Positions 24,801-36,594 of a DNA stretch of 64,000 bases are shown here, piece after piece. Made by a program: the position numbers and the translations under genes. The notes under the pieces are model-generated. The model did not search any database, had not been told where the DNA came from, and saw nothing but the letters and a program-made list of their open reading frames with translations. The stretch comes from Geosiphon pyriformis uo1 (taxonomy: Eukaryota > Fungi > Glomeromycota): contig JAAOMT010000502.1 in the NCBI GenBank assembly GCA_016748015.1, forward strand, positions 372,001 through 436,000. The letters run 5' to 3'. Positions within the stretch are counted from its first letter, which is position 1. Each line of letters starts with the position of its first letter.

Positions 24801-26868
24801 ATGTCTTATTTAGTAATTTTTAGAATTAATAACAGATATTATTGTACTGTTCAATTATTTTTTATTTAATAAATAATAAAAGCAAACAAATAATTTCTTA
24901 AACTAATTTCAATAATATAATTCAAGAAAAAAAAAATAAGATGTATAAATGTTAATAAGTAATCTTTTATTCACAAATGTTTAAATATTTAAAGATAAGA
25001 AATATAAAAAAAGAATAAATAATATAAAAAAAAGTATTGAATATGTGTTTATTGTATTTAATACTTAGATCTTATGTTTTTTTACAGCTAGAAAATTTAT
25101 TGCTTATTTAATTACATTAAATAAATCAATAGTCAGATTAATAACCAAATTATTCATTAGATCAATAATCACTATCTAAAAATAGGGTGGCTAATTATAT
25201 GACATTAAGTAGCTAATACATGTAATATTAATAAAAACTATGGTTTTCAAACATAATAATATGTTAGTATGTGACTGGTCACGTGTAAAAAAGACTTGAG
25301 TCATACTTATTTTGGAGCTTTTCCAGACTGTATTGTGATTGTGCTGCATTCGTTAATAAATTTTCATTGTAATTATTTTTTAGAAGATAAGCATAAAAAT
25401 CAAAAAAAATCAATTTTTCGGTTTAATAAAACATAATTTAAATCAATTTTTTTAAAATATTTTTAATTTGTTAAATTAAAATTTTAAGGATCAAAGTATT
25501 AATTATTATGATGATTTTTAATTTACTAATAACTTAATTGAAATATTTATTTTAATTAAATTATTTTTTGGTTAGATAATTTCCATCTTAATTATTTTTA
25601 TAAATGAATAATTATAATAATTATTGCAATATTGCAAACAAAACTGTGTTCATTTTTTTATTACAGAGTTTTTAATTATACATATTTTAAATTAATATAA
25701 TATATATTTTAGTATTTTTTTAATTGTGATTTTTTAATAAATTATAAATAATTAACCTTTTAAGTAAAAAGTTTCATTTAATGTGTTAATCATGATTTTT
25801 TCGTAAAAACGTTTAAAATTTATATTTTAATTTATGCCAAGAATTTTATTTATTTTATTTCAATTTTCTAGCTAATTGAATTTCAACAACATTATTTTTC
25901 AAGTGTTATTAGCAAGTCATTATTTAAAAATTCATATAAAAATTTATAAATACAAAAATGGTATATTTTGTATTATTGCTACAAAAGTTTATAAATTAGT
26001 TTAAAATTTTATTTTAAAAATATTGTAATTAATATTAATCACAATTTTCATTAATTTTTTAAATATTAAACTCATTTTATTTAAAAAATTTAAGAGTTAA
26101 AACTATTGAATAACTTTTTATTACATTTATCTTGTTTTAAGCGATTAATATTTTAACAATTTAAATTATTTGTTTTAAATTATTGTTTTATTATAATAAA
26201 TAAAATTTTTCTATATTGTTCAAAATTAAATTTATAGTATTCTTACATAAACTAGTTCATTAATAATTATTATATAACAAAATAAATATTTTTTAATTAT
26301 CATTCAAAAGTATAATTATAAATATAAAAGTAAACATTAAATAAATTGTAATTAATTGTAATTATGTGGTAATTAGGCATTATTTTGGTGGCAACTTTTT
26401 TATAATTTTATTTTTAATATTTGTATAAAAATAATATTCGATAAATAAAATTATATAAAATTTTTAATTGTTATTAAACATAAGATTTTAATATGTTACA
26501 ATCAATTTAATATTTAATTTTTGCATAATTAAAATATTAAATAATTTGATATTTAATTTTGGCTGTAATTTTAAATTATATAAATATAATTAATCACAAT
26601 TTATATAATATTTATTTGTTAAAATCTACAATTTTATTATTTATATTGTTAAAAATTTGGTTTATTGTCAATTTTTGAGTTCTAAAATTGTTTAAATAAA
26701 AATATAAAAGCAAAATATTAACCAAAAGTGTTTTTATAGTAAAATTTTAATTTTCACGTTTTTTTAAAATTAAATTTTGTTTGTAATCAATAGTTAAATT
26801 AATAATTAAATTAACATTATTTTTAAAATAATTTATTAGACTAACTCATGTGTTAAATTCACAAACTA
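21891..26868. mobile_element. TIR-bounded ~5 kb DNA transposon relic (hAT-like TAGGG terminus) containing a nested LINE
   Basis: Perfect 16-bp inverted repeat TTGTGAATTTAACACA (21896-21911) / TGTGTTAAATTCACAA (26849-26864), extending to TAGGG.../...ACTA. No clean TSD is visible and the interior is too eroded to read a transposase. Confidence 0.55.
22650..25360 (+). mobile_element. 5'-truncated, heavily GC->AT eroded LINE of the same family as 45665-52459
   Basis: The 22664-22924 peptide (HYYFGIFLS...FFTNLVLRKAVSNKQFLYLVSAVLQSIVNYKTQ) is homologous to the 47758-48135 peptide. The 3' end gtgattgtgctgcattcgttaataaa (~25335-25360) matches gtggttggactgcactcgttaaacaaa of the full-length copy. Confidence 0.82.
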
Positions 26869-27589
26869 AAAATTAATTATTAAATTTTCTTTTTTTGTTA
26901 CAGAATGTTCAAAATAAAAAATTTCAGTCAAAAAGCCAATTTCAATAAATTGAAATATCTATAGCTTATTGTTGTTACTGCAACAATTGTGATATTTATA
27001 AAACATTTGAATTAAAAATTGTTTATATGAAAATAGTATTAATTTACAGCATATTTAAATGTTGCTCAATCATGGATGTTGATATTCTCTCATCCATTCC
27101 TTTCGATCAAAATTATATCCACTCAAAATTTATTTACACTGAACTGTGTTTATCCCGTGATGGTGATTATGGCAGCAACCTCGATAGAGTGAGGAAATTT
27201 CCGGTAAGTTGACCAAAGATTGCGCAATCGTAAATAATAAATCGGTTGTTTGTTTGTATAAAAAGATAATCTAAATAGTATAAAATTGTCGTATATTAAA
27301 TTAATCTAAACTTGCATATTTTGTTTGATGTATCTATAGAAAATCTTTCACGCATAGGTTTTTTTGTCATTGATAATAGAAATGGACAAGCGTAATGCTG
27401 CATTGTTCGCAATAGAAACGAAGTATATTTAATGCAATAAATTTTGATTTTTTAAAAAAAATAGTAAAAACTATTAGTCAGTAATGACCAAAATAATTTG
27501 TTTTTTTTAAAGAATAAGAATATACCTGATTTTAAAAGTTGAAAACTTTAGAAAAGATGTAATTAAAGTGAGGAATGAATGGACAAAAT

Positions 27590-29288
27590 TTAATCAGCCA
27601 AAACAATTCGAATGCCATGTTTGGTTAATAAGGTAGATAACTCCCGATCTTGTTGCAGATAAATTTGCTCCTGAAAAAAGATGGATTTTGAAAAGCATTA
27701 ATATCGCGGATCAATGAACAATAAGTAAAAAAAAAATCAAAATCTTATGAGAATTCACCTCCACTGTCATTCTCACCACCCCATTCACTGGAGCTCCATA
27801 CTTCTCAAGATAAAATCTCAATAACGCCACCTCACCGTATCGGATATTTTGCATGATCAACATTCGGTAGGTTTTCTTTTGACGGATGTCAGCAAGATGC
27901 CAATCATGATTACGTCGGCTATGGCCATTATGAGATTGGGAAGAGCTGACTACACGTCCACTACTATTTCTCAAGGCAAATTTTGCATTCATCCTTGCGG
28001 CATATTTTTCCAAGAATTGGATCTTTGAATTTGGAGAAGGTCCGGTCTCTGAGCCAGTATAAGAGGTAGTGGCGCATTTATAACAAAAAAAATTTTGATT
28101 AAGTTGCATTCCGGCAGTAGTGCATATGCCGTGATCTTCGGAACAGCAAGATGGTGAAGATGATGCTTGTTCATTGTTTGAATGGTTGTGCATCACTGGT
28201 GGAAGATAATTAGGCTGTTTATCGAGTGAATAAAGAACAGACCAATACATCGGCCAATTAGGATCTTGATGTCGTGTTTTAATTATACTGGGCTTAGTGG
28301 TTTGACGTTTGGGTTCAGAATTAATTCCTTCAAATATCTCCGAATCACTTGCAACAGCGGTCTGAGTATCAGGAGCATCTATGAAAAATTCATCAAATAT
28401 TCGTTCAAGAAGTCGCGGAGCACGGTATTGTAAATGAGCTGTATATGCGAAGAGCACCAGCGAGCCGGTGCGGACTGATAGCCCGTAAACGTTTTTGAGA
28501 TAATGAATAAGCTCTTGTTGAAAATGCAAACTCAATGATTTGCATGTCCTTGATAAAGAAGAATATTCCGTAAGATTCAAATTACAAGCAACACGAGTAA
28601 TCAGCTCGCTCGGTAGTGACAAAAAATTGACGCTCGAATTTGAGGAATGATAATACATTGGTATCGAGTCAGATGATGTGGTGAGCGATGGGCTTTTCGT
28701 TGATGAAGAAGAAAAAGAATTGCTAGCTCGTAGGCTTGAAGCAATTCCATTGTCTGGCTTCGCATCTCGCTGCATCTGAGAAAGCAAAGCTGCAGTTGTT
28801 GGCGGCAACGGTAATGGAGGTGTAACATTAGCAGCATCTCTTCGTTCAACTCGGGAGGCTGGTCGTATTTGAGGAAATATTAGCGGACCATAATCTGGCG
28901 AAATTGGAGAAGGGGAAGGGAAGTCGAAAAAATCTTCGTCACTACCTTCCATGTTCGCTTCAATTTCTGAATCTGTCACTTCAGTGTCTTCTGGTTCACT
29001 GTCACTTCCATTATGTTGATTGCTCTCACTTACTTCACCATAATCAGGAGGCGTAGTAGCAGCGCTAGACGTAGGACTGCCTGCAAATCTTAATAGGTCA
29101 GGGTCAAAACTTGGCCACTGTGAATTTGGTTGTGAGAAGGGTTCAGCTTGAGATGTAAAAGCACTTCGTGTAGATTGAGTAGTCCGCGAGACTTCTTGAC
29201 CGTTGTTATTCTGTGTAGATTGAGCTACTTGTGCTGGTGACCCTTGGCGAGGTCGCAAGCGAATTCTCAAGGCAGATCTAACTCTCAT
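27590..29288 (-). CDS. F-box protein with long disordered S/P/E-rich N-terminus; exons 29288-27759, 27670-27590
   Basis: F-box FLSLPSELITRVACNLNLTEYSSLSRTCKSL. Donor GAG|GTGAAT and acceptor TTTTTCAG give a final exon EQIYLQQDRELSTLLTKHGIRIVLAD*. The C-terminus has an ankyrin-like segment RYGEVALLRFYLEKYGAPVN. Confidence 0.8.
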
Positions 29289-29717
29289 TTGTCAAATTTC
29301 AAAGAGAAATTCTTTGTTTTAGACTCCTAAATTTTTCTTCAGCTAAAATTAAATTAATAATGAAAAGATTTTCATAAAATTAGTGACTTTTGTAGTATAT
29401 CAGAATAGGTATATGGATATTGATTGTGTTTCAATATAAAAAAAAGTGCAGCGTTGAAAAATCAGGGTGGTTTTTACCAGCAGAGAAGTTATTTCAATGT
29501 CTAAAACGTTTTGAAGTTTGCGATATTTTCAAGTATTATGATCGAACATCGTAAAAGATGACAAAACGTTGTATAAGGAAATTTGTGTAGTGTGAAACAG
29601 TGTACTATTAGAGTATTTAATGTTTATAAGCCTAACAATCCCACTAATCATCGGCATATTATCAACTATTATTTTGACAATAGGTGGAACTAAATTCATA
29701 AAAATAATTGTTTAACC

Positions 29718-30939
29718 ATGCTACCCACTCCTAACCTTGATCACCTTTCAGCGACCGATTATGAACATGTTTATGAACCGGCAGGTTTGCAAATTTATTA
29801 AATTCCAGATTTTCCGGGGAAGTTCCCGTAAATAATAATTTGTCAGTTCTTTAGAAGATACATTCTTGCTTCTGGATGCACTTGAAAAAGATGCCATACT
29901 ATTAAAAGACCAAATAAAACCTTGTATTTGCCTAGAGATCGGGTATTTGTGTTTAAGATCGATAATCGATCGATTTTTTACTGCGCATTAAATAATAATT
30001 TTAGTCCTCATCTGATTGAAATACAGATCAGGATCTGGTTGCGTTTCTACTTTCCTTGGGAGATTGTTAGGTGATGGCCAAGCGTGTATGTATTCAAGAA
30101 ACTGAATAAATAACATTAGATAAGAGTATTTTTTTGTGCTTTGCTTTACTGATCTGATTTAAAAATTATAAAACAGAAATCTAATTATTCTCGTTCTCAT
30201 TTACTGATAAAGTGATAATTTGTACAGATATTAATCCTTATGCCTCGGAGATTACGCTGAAAACTGGGTTTAAAAACACGGTATTTCTCTTCTTCCATTA
30301 TGAAAAAATGACTCGATTCCTTTGCGTTTTAATATAATGAAAATTAATCGTTCCAAAAATGTCGATTATGAATGGTTTGTAGGTTCATCTTGATGCTATT
30401 ACGACGAATTTGGTATCAGGTCTTCTACCTCGCCTTCATCATCAAATTGACGTTTTGTGTTTTAACCCACCTTATGTTGTTACAAACTCAAAAGATCTTT
30501 CTTCAAGAAGCATTATTGATAGGGCTTGGGCTGGTGGTGTGGATGGAAGAGAAATAATTAATCAGATTATACCATTAGTTGATGTGAGTGAGGAAAAATA
30601 AACAACTTAAAAACAGAAACTGATAACCTGAAAGTTTTTCCTAAATTTTCTTCTCGATATTAACATAAAGCTTCAATAATATTTCAACTTGCAGGACTTA
30701 TTGTCCCCGAATGGTATATTCTACTTGCTTGTCATTAGTGAAAACAAGCCACAGGATATCCGAAAAATAATGCTGGAAAAATACAATCTTCAATCCGAGG
30801 TTTGTAAAAGAAAAACCTCAATCCAACATTAAAAAGTCAAAAATTATATATTTGCACTTGCATTTTATAGGTTCTTCTATCTCGACTATCTGGCAGAGAA
30901 AAACAAATGATATTGAAGTTTCACAAGAATAAGGTATAG
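29718..30939 (+). CDS. MTQ2: HemK-family eRF1 glutamine methyltransferase catalytic subunit (Mtq2/N6AMT1), 7 exons
   Basis: MLPTP...VYEPAEDTFLLLDALE; SAM motif LEIGSGSG; TDINP; FNPPYV; AWAGGVDGRE; LSPNGIFYLL; ends GREKQMILKFHKNKV*. All introns are GT-AG. Confidence 0.95.
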
Positions 30940-31130
30940 GGCAAATAAAATACTATACCTGAAAAATACAAGAGAATTCTTGAAGAAAGCCGAGGAAAGA
31001 TAAATTCAAGGATGTAAGTAAAAAATACAATATAATAGGAAGCAAACGAAAGCACATTTGCAAACCATAGAAATCTGATTTGATTTCATAATTATATCCA
31101 GTGACCCTGATATTTTTAAGAGTTGAATCA

Positions 31131-33195
31131 TCATTCGTATCGTACCCCCATACTTTCCTTTGGCGTATAACCCATTTTTCGCAATCTCTCTGCTTGAATA
31201 CGTTCTGTAGTTACACGTTTCAACTCTAACACCTGATCTTTGGTCAGCAATGGTGCGGTAGCAATGGGAATACGGACTTGTTGGCGATGCTGTTTACTAT
31301 AAATCGGGATGTCAATCTTAATATAGCATACCCATAAAAAATATTTTGAGATCAAAATTTCATTAAATGTTTACCGAAGTTCTTCCTCGTCCTTTTTGAA
31401 GTCGACAATACCACCTTCCTCCTCAACATAGCGAGCAGACTGACGTTTTGCGCGCTGTTCTTCATCCCATTTCTCCAAATTGTAATATCTATGAGGAAAG
31501 CATCAGGTGTCGATTGACTCGGGTCAAAACATTTATTGATTGTCCCAAAACTTTTCAGAAAAGTTACATACTTTTTATGAGGTAGAGTGGCGGTATTGTA
31601 ATCTGCTCAAGGAAAATAAGGTTTACTATTCTACCATTTAAAAACAAAAGCGTCTGGTCCTTTTGCAGACCTACCTTCGACAAACTGGCGGAAATGTTCC
31701 TTCATCAAGGGAAGACTGACTGCTTCAGGGTTGAGTTTTTTCTCTTCCAACAACCAGAGGTTAAGTTCCTAACATAGTGGAAAAAGACCAGTCAAGGTAT
31801 TCCCTATAGAAAAATAGCAGATCATGACAATACTTTCAAAACACCTACTTCTTCCTTTAACTTCATACTTGACAATATTGAAGAATATTTAATAATAAGT
31901 ATAAATATATAGGTGGGATCAACATGAAAAATTTGATACGTACTCTGTGTCAGCGATCACCCCATATTTTCCCCATTGGTTAGTAACAGCCTTTAATTTA
32001 TTTTCTTTTTTTTTTTTATTCTGTGTTGGGTTGTAAAAATGGTTATTTGAGATTGAATCAAAAAATTATTGAAAAGAAATCCTGGAGGTCACCTTTTTAT
32101 CGCTTTTTCTCTTGTCTTTCTTCTTGAGTTTCTCCTCTCTTTTTTTGTGATTGCTTAATTTTTGATGACTTTCGTAAGAGGAAGAAACTGAAGACTCTGA
32201 ATTACTTAGTTCAGAGTCTTCAGAATCTGTATATATTGAACTTGAACGTTTTCGTTTGAGCTTACGATATTTTTGACCTCGTTCCAAAGATACTGAAAGG
32301 GAACGTCGATGTCGACTCGATCTGAAAATAGCAAAGAAAAATGGTTAGATCAAGAAAATGTAGCTGAAAAATCCAAGTTTTTGGAATACTTTTCTTATCT
32401 TTAGGAAAAAAAATATTCAATGAAGTTATACCATTTTAATGAACTAATTCTCTATGTTATTGATTAAAATAAAATGACTGCTCAAACTCAAAAGAAAATG
32501 AACTTCAAATAATTACGCGAGCTTCTCAAAACGAGAACAAATGCGCAAGATCACACTCACCTCTCTTTCTGTTTATAATATTCTTTTGATGTTCGGTTTC
32601 GCGAAAAATTTTGTTGTCGAGGTGATAATCTCGAATCAGACTGACGGCTTTCTCGTGAACTATGTTGTGATTCTTGTTCTATAGACCTAGATCTATTTCT
32701 ACCCTTTGATTTTCTATTTGGACTTCCTCTTGACCTATTTCTTCTCCGACCTAGTGTTGGAGAATGGGATCGACCAAGAGGCGGTGAGCCATGCGCCTCG
32801 ATTCCTTCAATTGGTCGGGGAACCTTGCTCTGACTGCCTCTTTTATTGTCTCTAGAATGAGTGCGCTGCACATGAGGACGAGAACGAGGTTCTCGTTCAG
32901 AAGCAAAGCCACGGAGACGCTCGAAGGATCTCGATCTGCCTCGAATGAGTTGGGAGTTTGAAGATTTATCTCTTGAAGAGCTTCCACTTCTGGGAGAAGG
33001 CGATGTAGATTTTGATTGACGCCTAGGACTTGAACCTGAGCCTTTTAAACTGAACTCTCTTTTAGGTTCTAATCTCCCCTCATTTTTACGGCCGATAGAA
33101 ACAGGCAAAAAAGGAGAGGTGGACTTTAAAAAAGGAGAATTATCCCTCTCATAACTTCTTGATCGTGTTGGTGAAGACGACCGTGAGCGCGGCAT
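31131..33195 (-). CDS. RS-rich nuclear protein with a conserved uncharacterised C-terminal domain (WGKYGVI...FVEDYNTATLPHKKYYNLEKW), 8 exons
   Basis: Long Arg/Ser-rich exon 1, then a Lys-rich segment. Exons spliced by hand (including a 19-nt micro-exon encoding MKLKEE) give QWGKYGVIADTDMKLKEEELNLWLLEEKK...EDYNTATLPHKKYYNLEKWD...MGVRYE*. Confidence 0.85.
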
Positions 33196-36100
33196 GAGCT
33201 TTTTGAAATATAATCACGACTTTCAAAACCCAAAACTTATTTTCTGTCTCACCTCAATGTGGGACAAAAATGCCAAATTTCATGGAATTTAGTTTTTACA
33301 GATTAGGATAAATAGCTTAGTTCTGGCTGTGCATATTTAACAATTGTATTTAATTATTATTAATTAGTTATATTAAATTATTTGGAGACTATTATTCGTA
33401 ATTGTAAAATATTTGTTTTGCATTTTGGGAAATTATGCTTTTACCTGGAATGTATCGAATTAATATTGAAAAGAAAACTTAATTTATAAATTGATTGTTG
33501 CTAAATAAAATAAATTTAAAATTAAATATTCATTAATTAAGATATATGAAAAATATCTTGAAGTTGAATTTTTTTATAAAATAGTCTTAAAATAGTTATA
33601 TTGAACATTGAAAAATTTAAAATTATTTTTTAATTACCTATAAATAGAGATTTTTTTTATAACCCAAAAAATCTCGGATTTTTAAATAATAGTACACATA
33701 TAATAAAATAAAAATAATCTTTGATATTTATCAATATTAATGAGTTTTATATAGTTTGTTTACAACCACAAAAAAATCAAAAAACATAGCATCATATATT
33801 TTTATAAAACTTTAATAATAAATTAAGTTTTAAACTCATTTGTTTTTTTAAACAAATTCTTGATTATTAATATTAATTGTTTTTAATTCCATGTAAAATT
33901 CAAATTCAAAGTAATAAATATTTTAAAACTTGAAATTTAATTTACAAAATAATATTTAATATTAAAATAGTAATAAAATAGAGCTTTAATTAATAAAAAG
34001 CAAAAATATTTAATAATTAATATTTTAAAAATTGAATTATTTTCAAGCAATTTTTTGTAAAAATTAAAAGACCAAAATTATATTTTTATCATTTTAAGCC
34101 TATAAAATTATTTAAATATTTTGATAATTTTTAACTTAAAAACATTCAATAAATAAATTATTGAAATTATAAATATTGGAATTTTAACAATATACCATTT
34201 TTTTTTTCAGTAAAAATAATGAATAACTTGCATGAATTCCATTTAAAGAATGAAACTCTTTTTAGCCAAATGTTTTTTAAATTCTTCAAAACCGAATCAA
34301 CTTTGATTTTGCAGCTTTAGTATTTTCCATTCAACTAATTTTGTTTTTCAATCATAGACGCTGCAAGTAAAAAGACTCTCAAGTTAAAAATGGGTTGTCT
34401 AAATTTTTACTCATTACAATATTATAGCATTGGAGTATTAAACTTTTACCCAACTTTATTTTTTGACAGCATAAAATATTTTTTTGGATTTTTAAATATA
34501 CTAAAATTGTTAATAGAGTTTTTTGCAATCGAATTTCTCAATAAAGCTTTGAGATAATAAGAGAAATAGAATATCGGCTATATTACAACTATTTCAAATT
34601 ATAAACCTCAAAGTTTTTAAGAATAGATATGTATTTTTCAGACATCTTTTTATAATGAAATGACTTTAAAAGCTTTGAAATTTTTTCGAGTCATTAAAAG
34701 TTGAATGTCACCTATAATTCACAGGACATGAAGTTAAAATTTCTTTTTTAAGAGCTTTTGAAAATTTTCTGTAGCATTATTCAAATTAATTTTGATTGAG
34801 TCTTTTAAAATTTATTATTAAAAATTATCATATTATACTTTTTTTGAGAAATGAATTTTGCTTTTCGCTGAATTTGAAACTTTTTAACATTATTATTTTT
34901 ACTGAAGAAATTAAACACAAAATTCATCCTATAAATTCTCACTTATGAATTAATGTGATCATAGTTATAATGAAATGATTTCCTCATATCAAATTGTTTT
35001 TTATCCTTAAAATATTGAGAAACTTTATAAATTAATTAATTATATGGTTGTAAAAAAAAACAATTGATAAATCTTTATATAAAAAAGCTTGATTTTTCGA
35101 AAATATCAAAAATTATTCAAATATTAAAATGAGAAGGAATATGTTTTAAAAATAGAATTTTGAAAATTTTGTCATATGTATATTTTTTATAATTACAGGA
35201 CATTGTTTCCAAAGGAAGAATATTTTTTATTAGTCAAAATCAAAAAAATTATGTGTTGAATAGGCATGAAATTATTCTTATAAATCAAATTAAAAATTTT
35301 CTCAAAATTCGAAGCAGAATTTACGACCAAAAATTGAATTTGATGTCATGAAGTTTTTTTTTCAAAAATTCGAATCAATCGTTTTCCTAACTGTTTTAAC
35401 CTGACGAATAAAATTCAATCGCTCACCTGATAAGCCTTATGTATCAAGAATATTTTTTTCCTTGAAGAATGAGAATATCAGGGAAAGAATTCAATTTTAC
35501 AAAAATACCAATAGGATTTTTCACAAGATTCAATCGATAAAGGAATCCACAATATTTAAATCACCCATAATTTTTTTGTGTTTTGCAATCATTAGAATAT
35601 TGTGTAAATTCTTTCACAACATATCTAGGTCCTATTCCTCTTAATTTTTTCACTTGGCAGCAAAAATGGAGTTTCAAAAAAAAAATTGTTGTAATTCTTT
35701 TAATTGAAAAATCAAACAAATGTTTTTGATGGCGAATGTCTTTGAAAAATCTTTTGCAAGTTGAATTGATAAAATTAGAGAATCAAAGTTCCAAGTTGAA
35801 CTGAATGAGCTTGACTAACTCGAGAGGAAAAAATTGACAGCCATCACCAGAATTTATTCACTTAAAACCTTTACTCGAAGACCCTTTAATAATATATATA
35901 TTATATCGCATCATTTTAGTTTCTTAAATTTTTGAGCATCCATTTTCTCATATAAAGCAGCTTCAAACTTCAACCTTAATCAATGTTCGAAAAATTCACT
36001 CCTTTTATTCTGTGCTCTTTTTTGCAACGAGAGTGAGCCATTGTAAATTTTCCCGGCATTATCCGTTAAGAAAGGAACCAGCAATAACTAAATTATAAGG

Positions 36101-36594
36101 AAAATAAAATGGTTTGCCGAAAATGTGTAAGGAACGTTGATCTGTTCTTAAAAAGGTCTTTTTAAATTTATTTTTGGTCGATTCATATCCTAATTCTTTT
36201 TCTTTAAAATTTGAGGTAAACATTTTGTACAAAATTAAAGCTCTCCTTTAGCAAAGGATAATTGAAACCGTTTTCTTACGGAATTGCACTTGTTTATAAA
36301 ACAAACAAATTTCATCGTTGGCAAATTTCTCGATTGAGTTATTGTTAAGCCTGCAGTGACAGCATAGATAGCTGTTCTGTACAAAATTAGAAGTAACGCA
36401 TGATAATCTACACAAATGAATTATGTGGTAAATAATAATACAATTCGAAGAAATACCATTTTAAACCTAAATTTCAATTTAAATAGCTGCAGATATTAAT
36501 AAAGACTGTTTCAATTTTTTCACGCTGATCAGACCAACCTTGAAATTTATTTTAAAATCATTAATCACTCAAAGAAAATTCAATTGAGGAATAT

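Noticed and set aside
27027-27212. 61-aa ORF ending at a strong GTAAGT donor
   Set aside because: No convincing downstream exon; it lies just 3' of the F-box gene and cannot be supported without transcripts.
29718-30939. NPPY methyltransferase as a DNA 6mA writer
   Set aside because: The sequence is a typical Mtq2/HemK2 ortholog, whose established role is eRF1 glutamine methylation.
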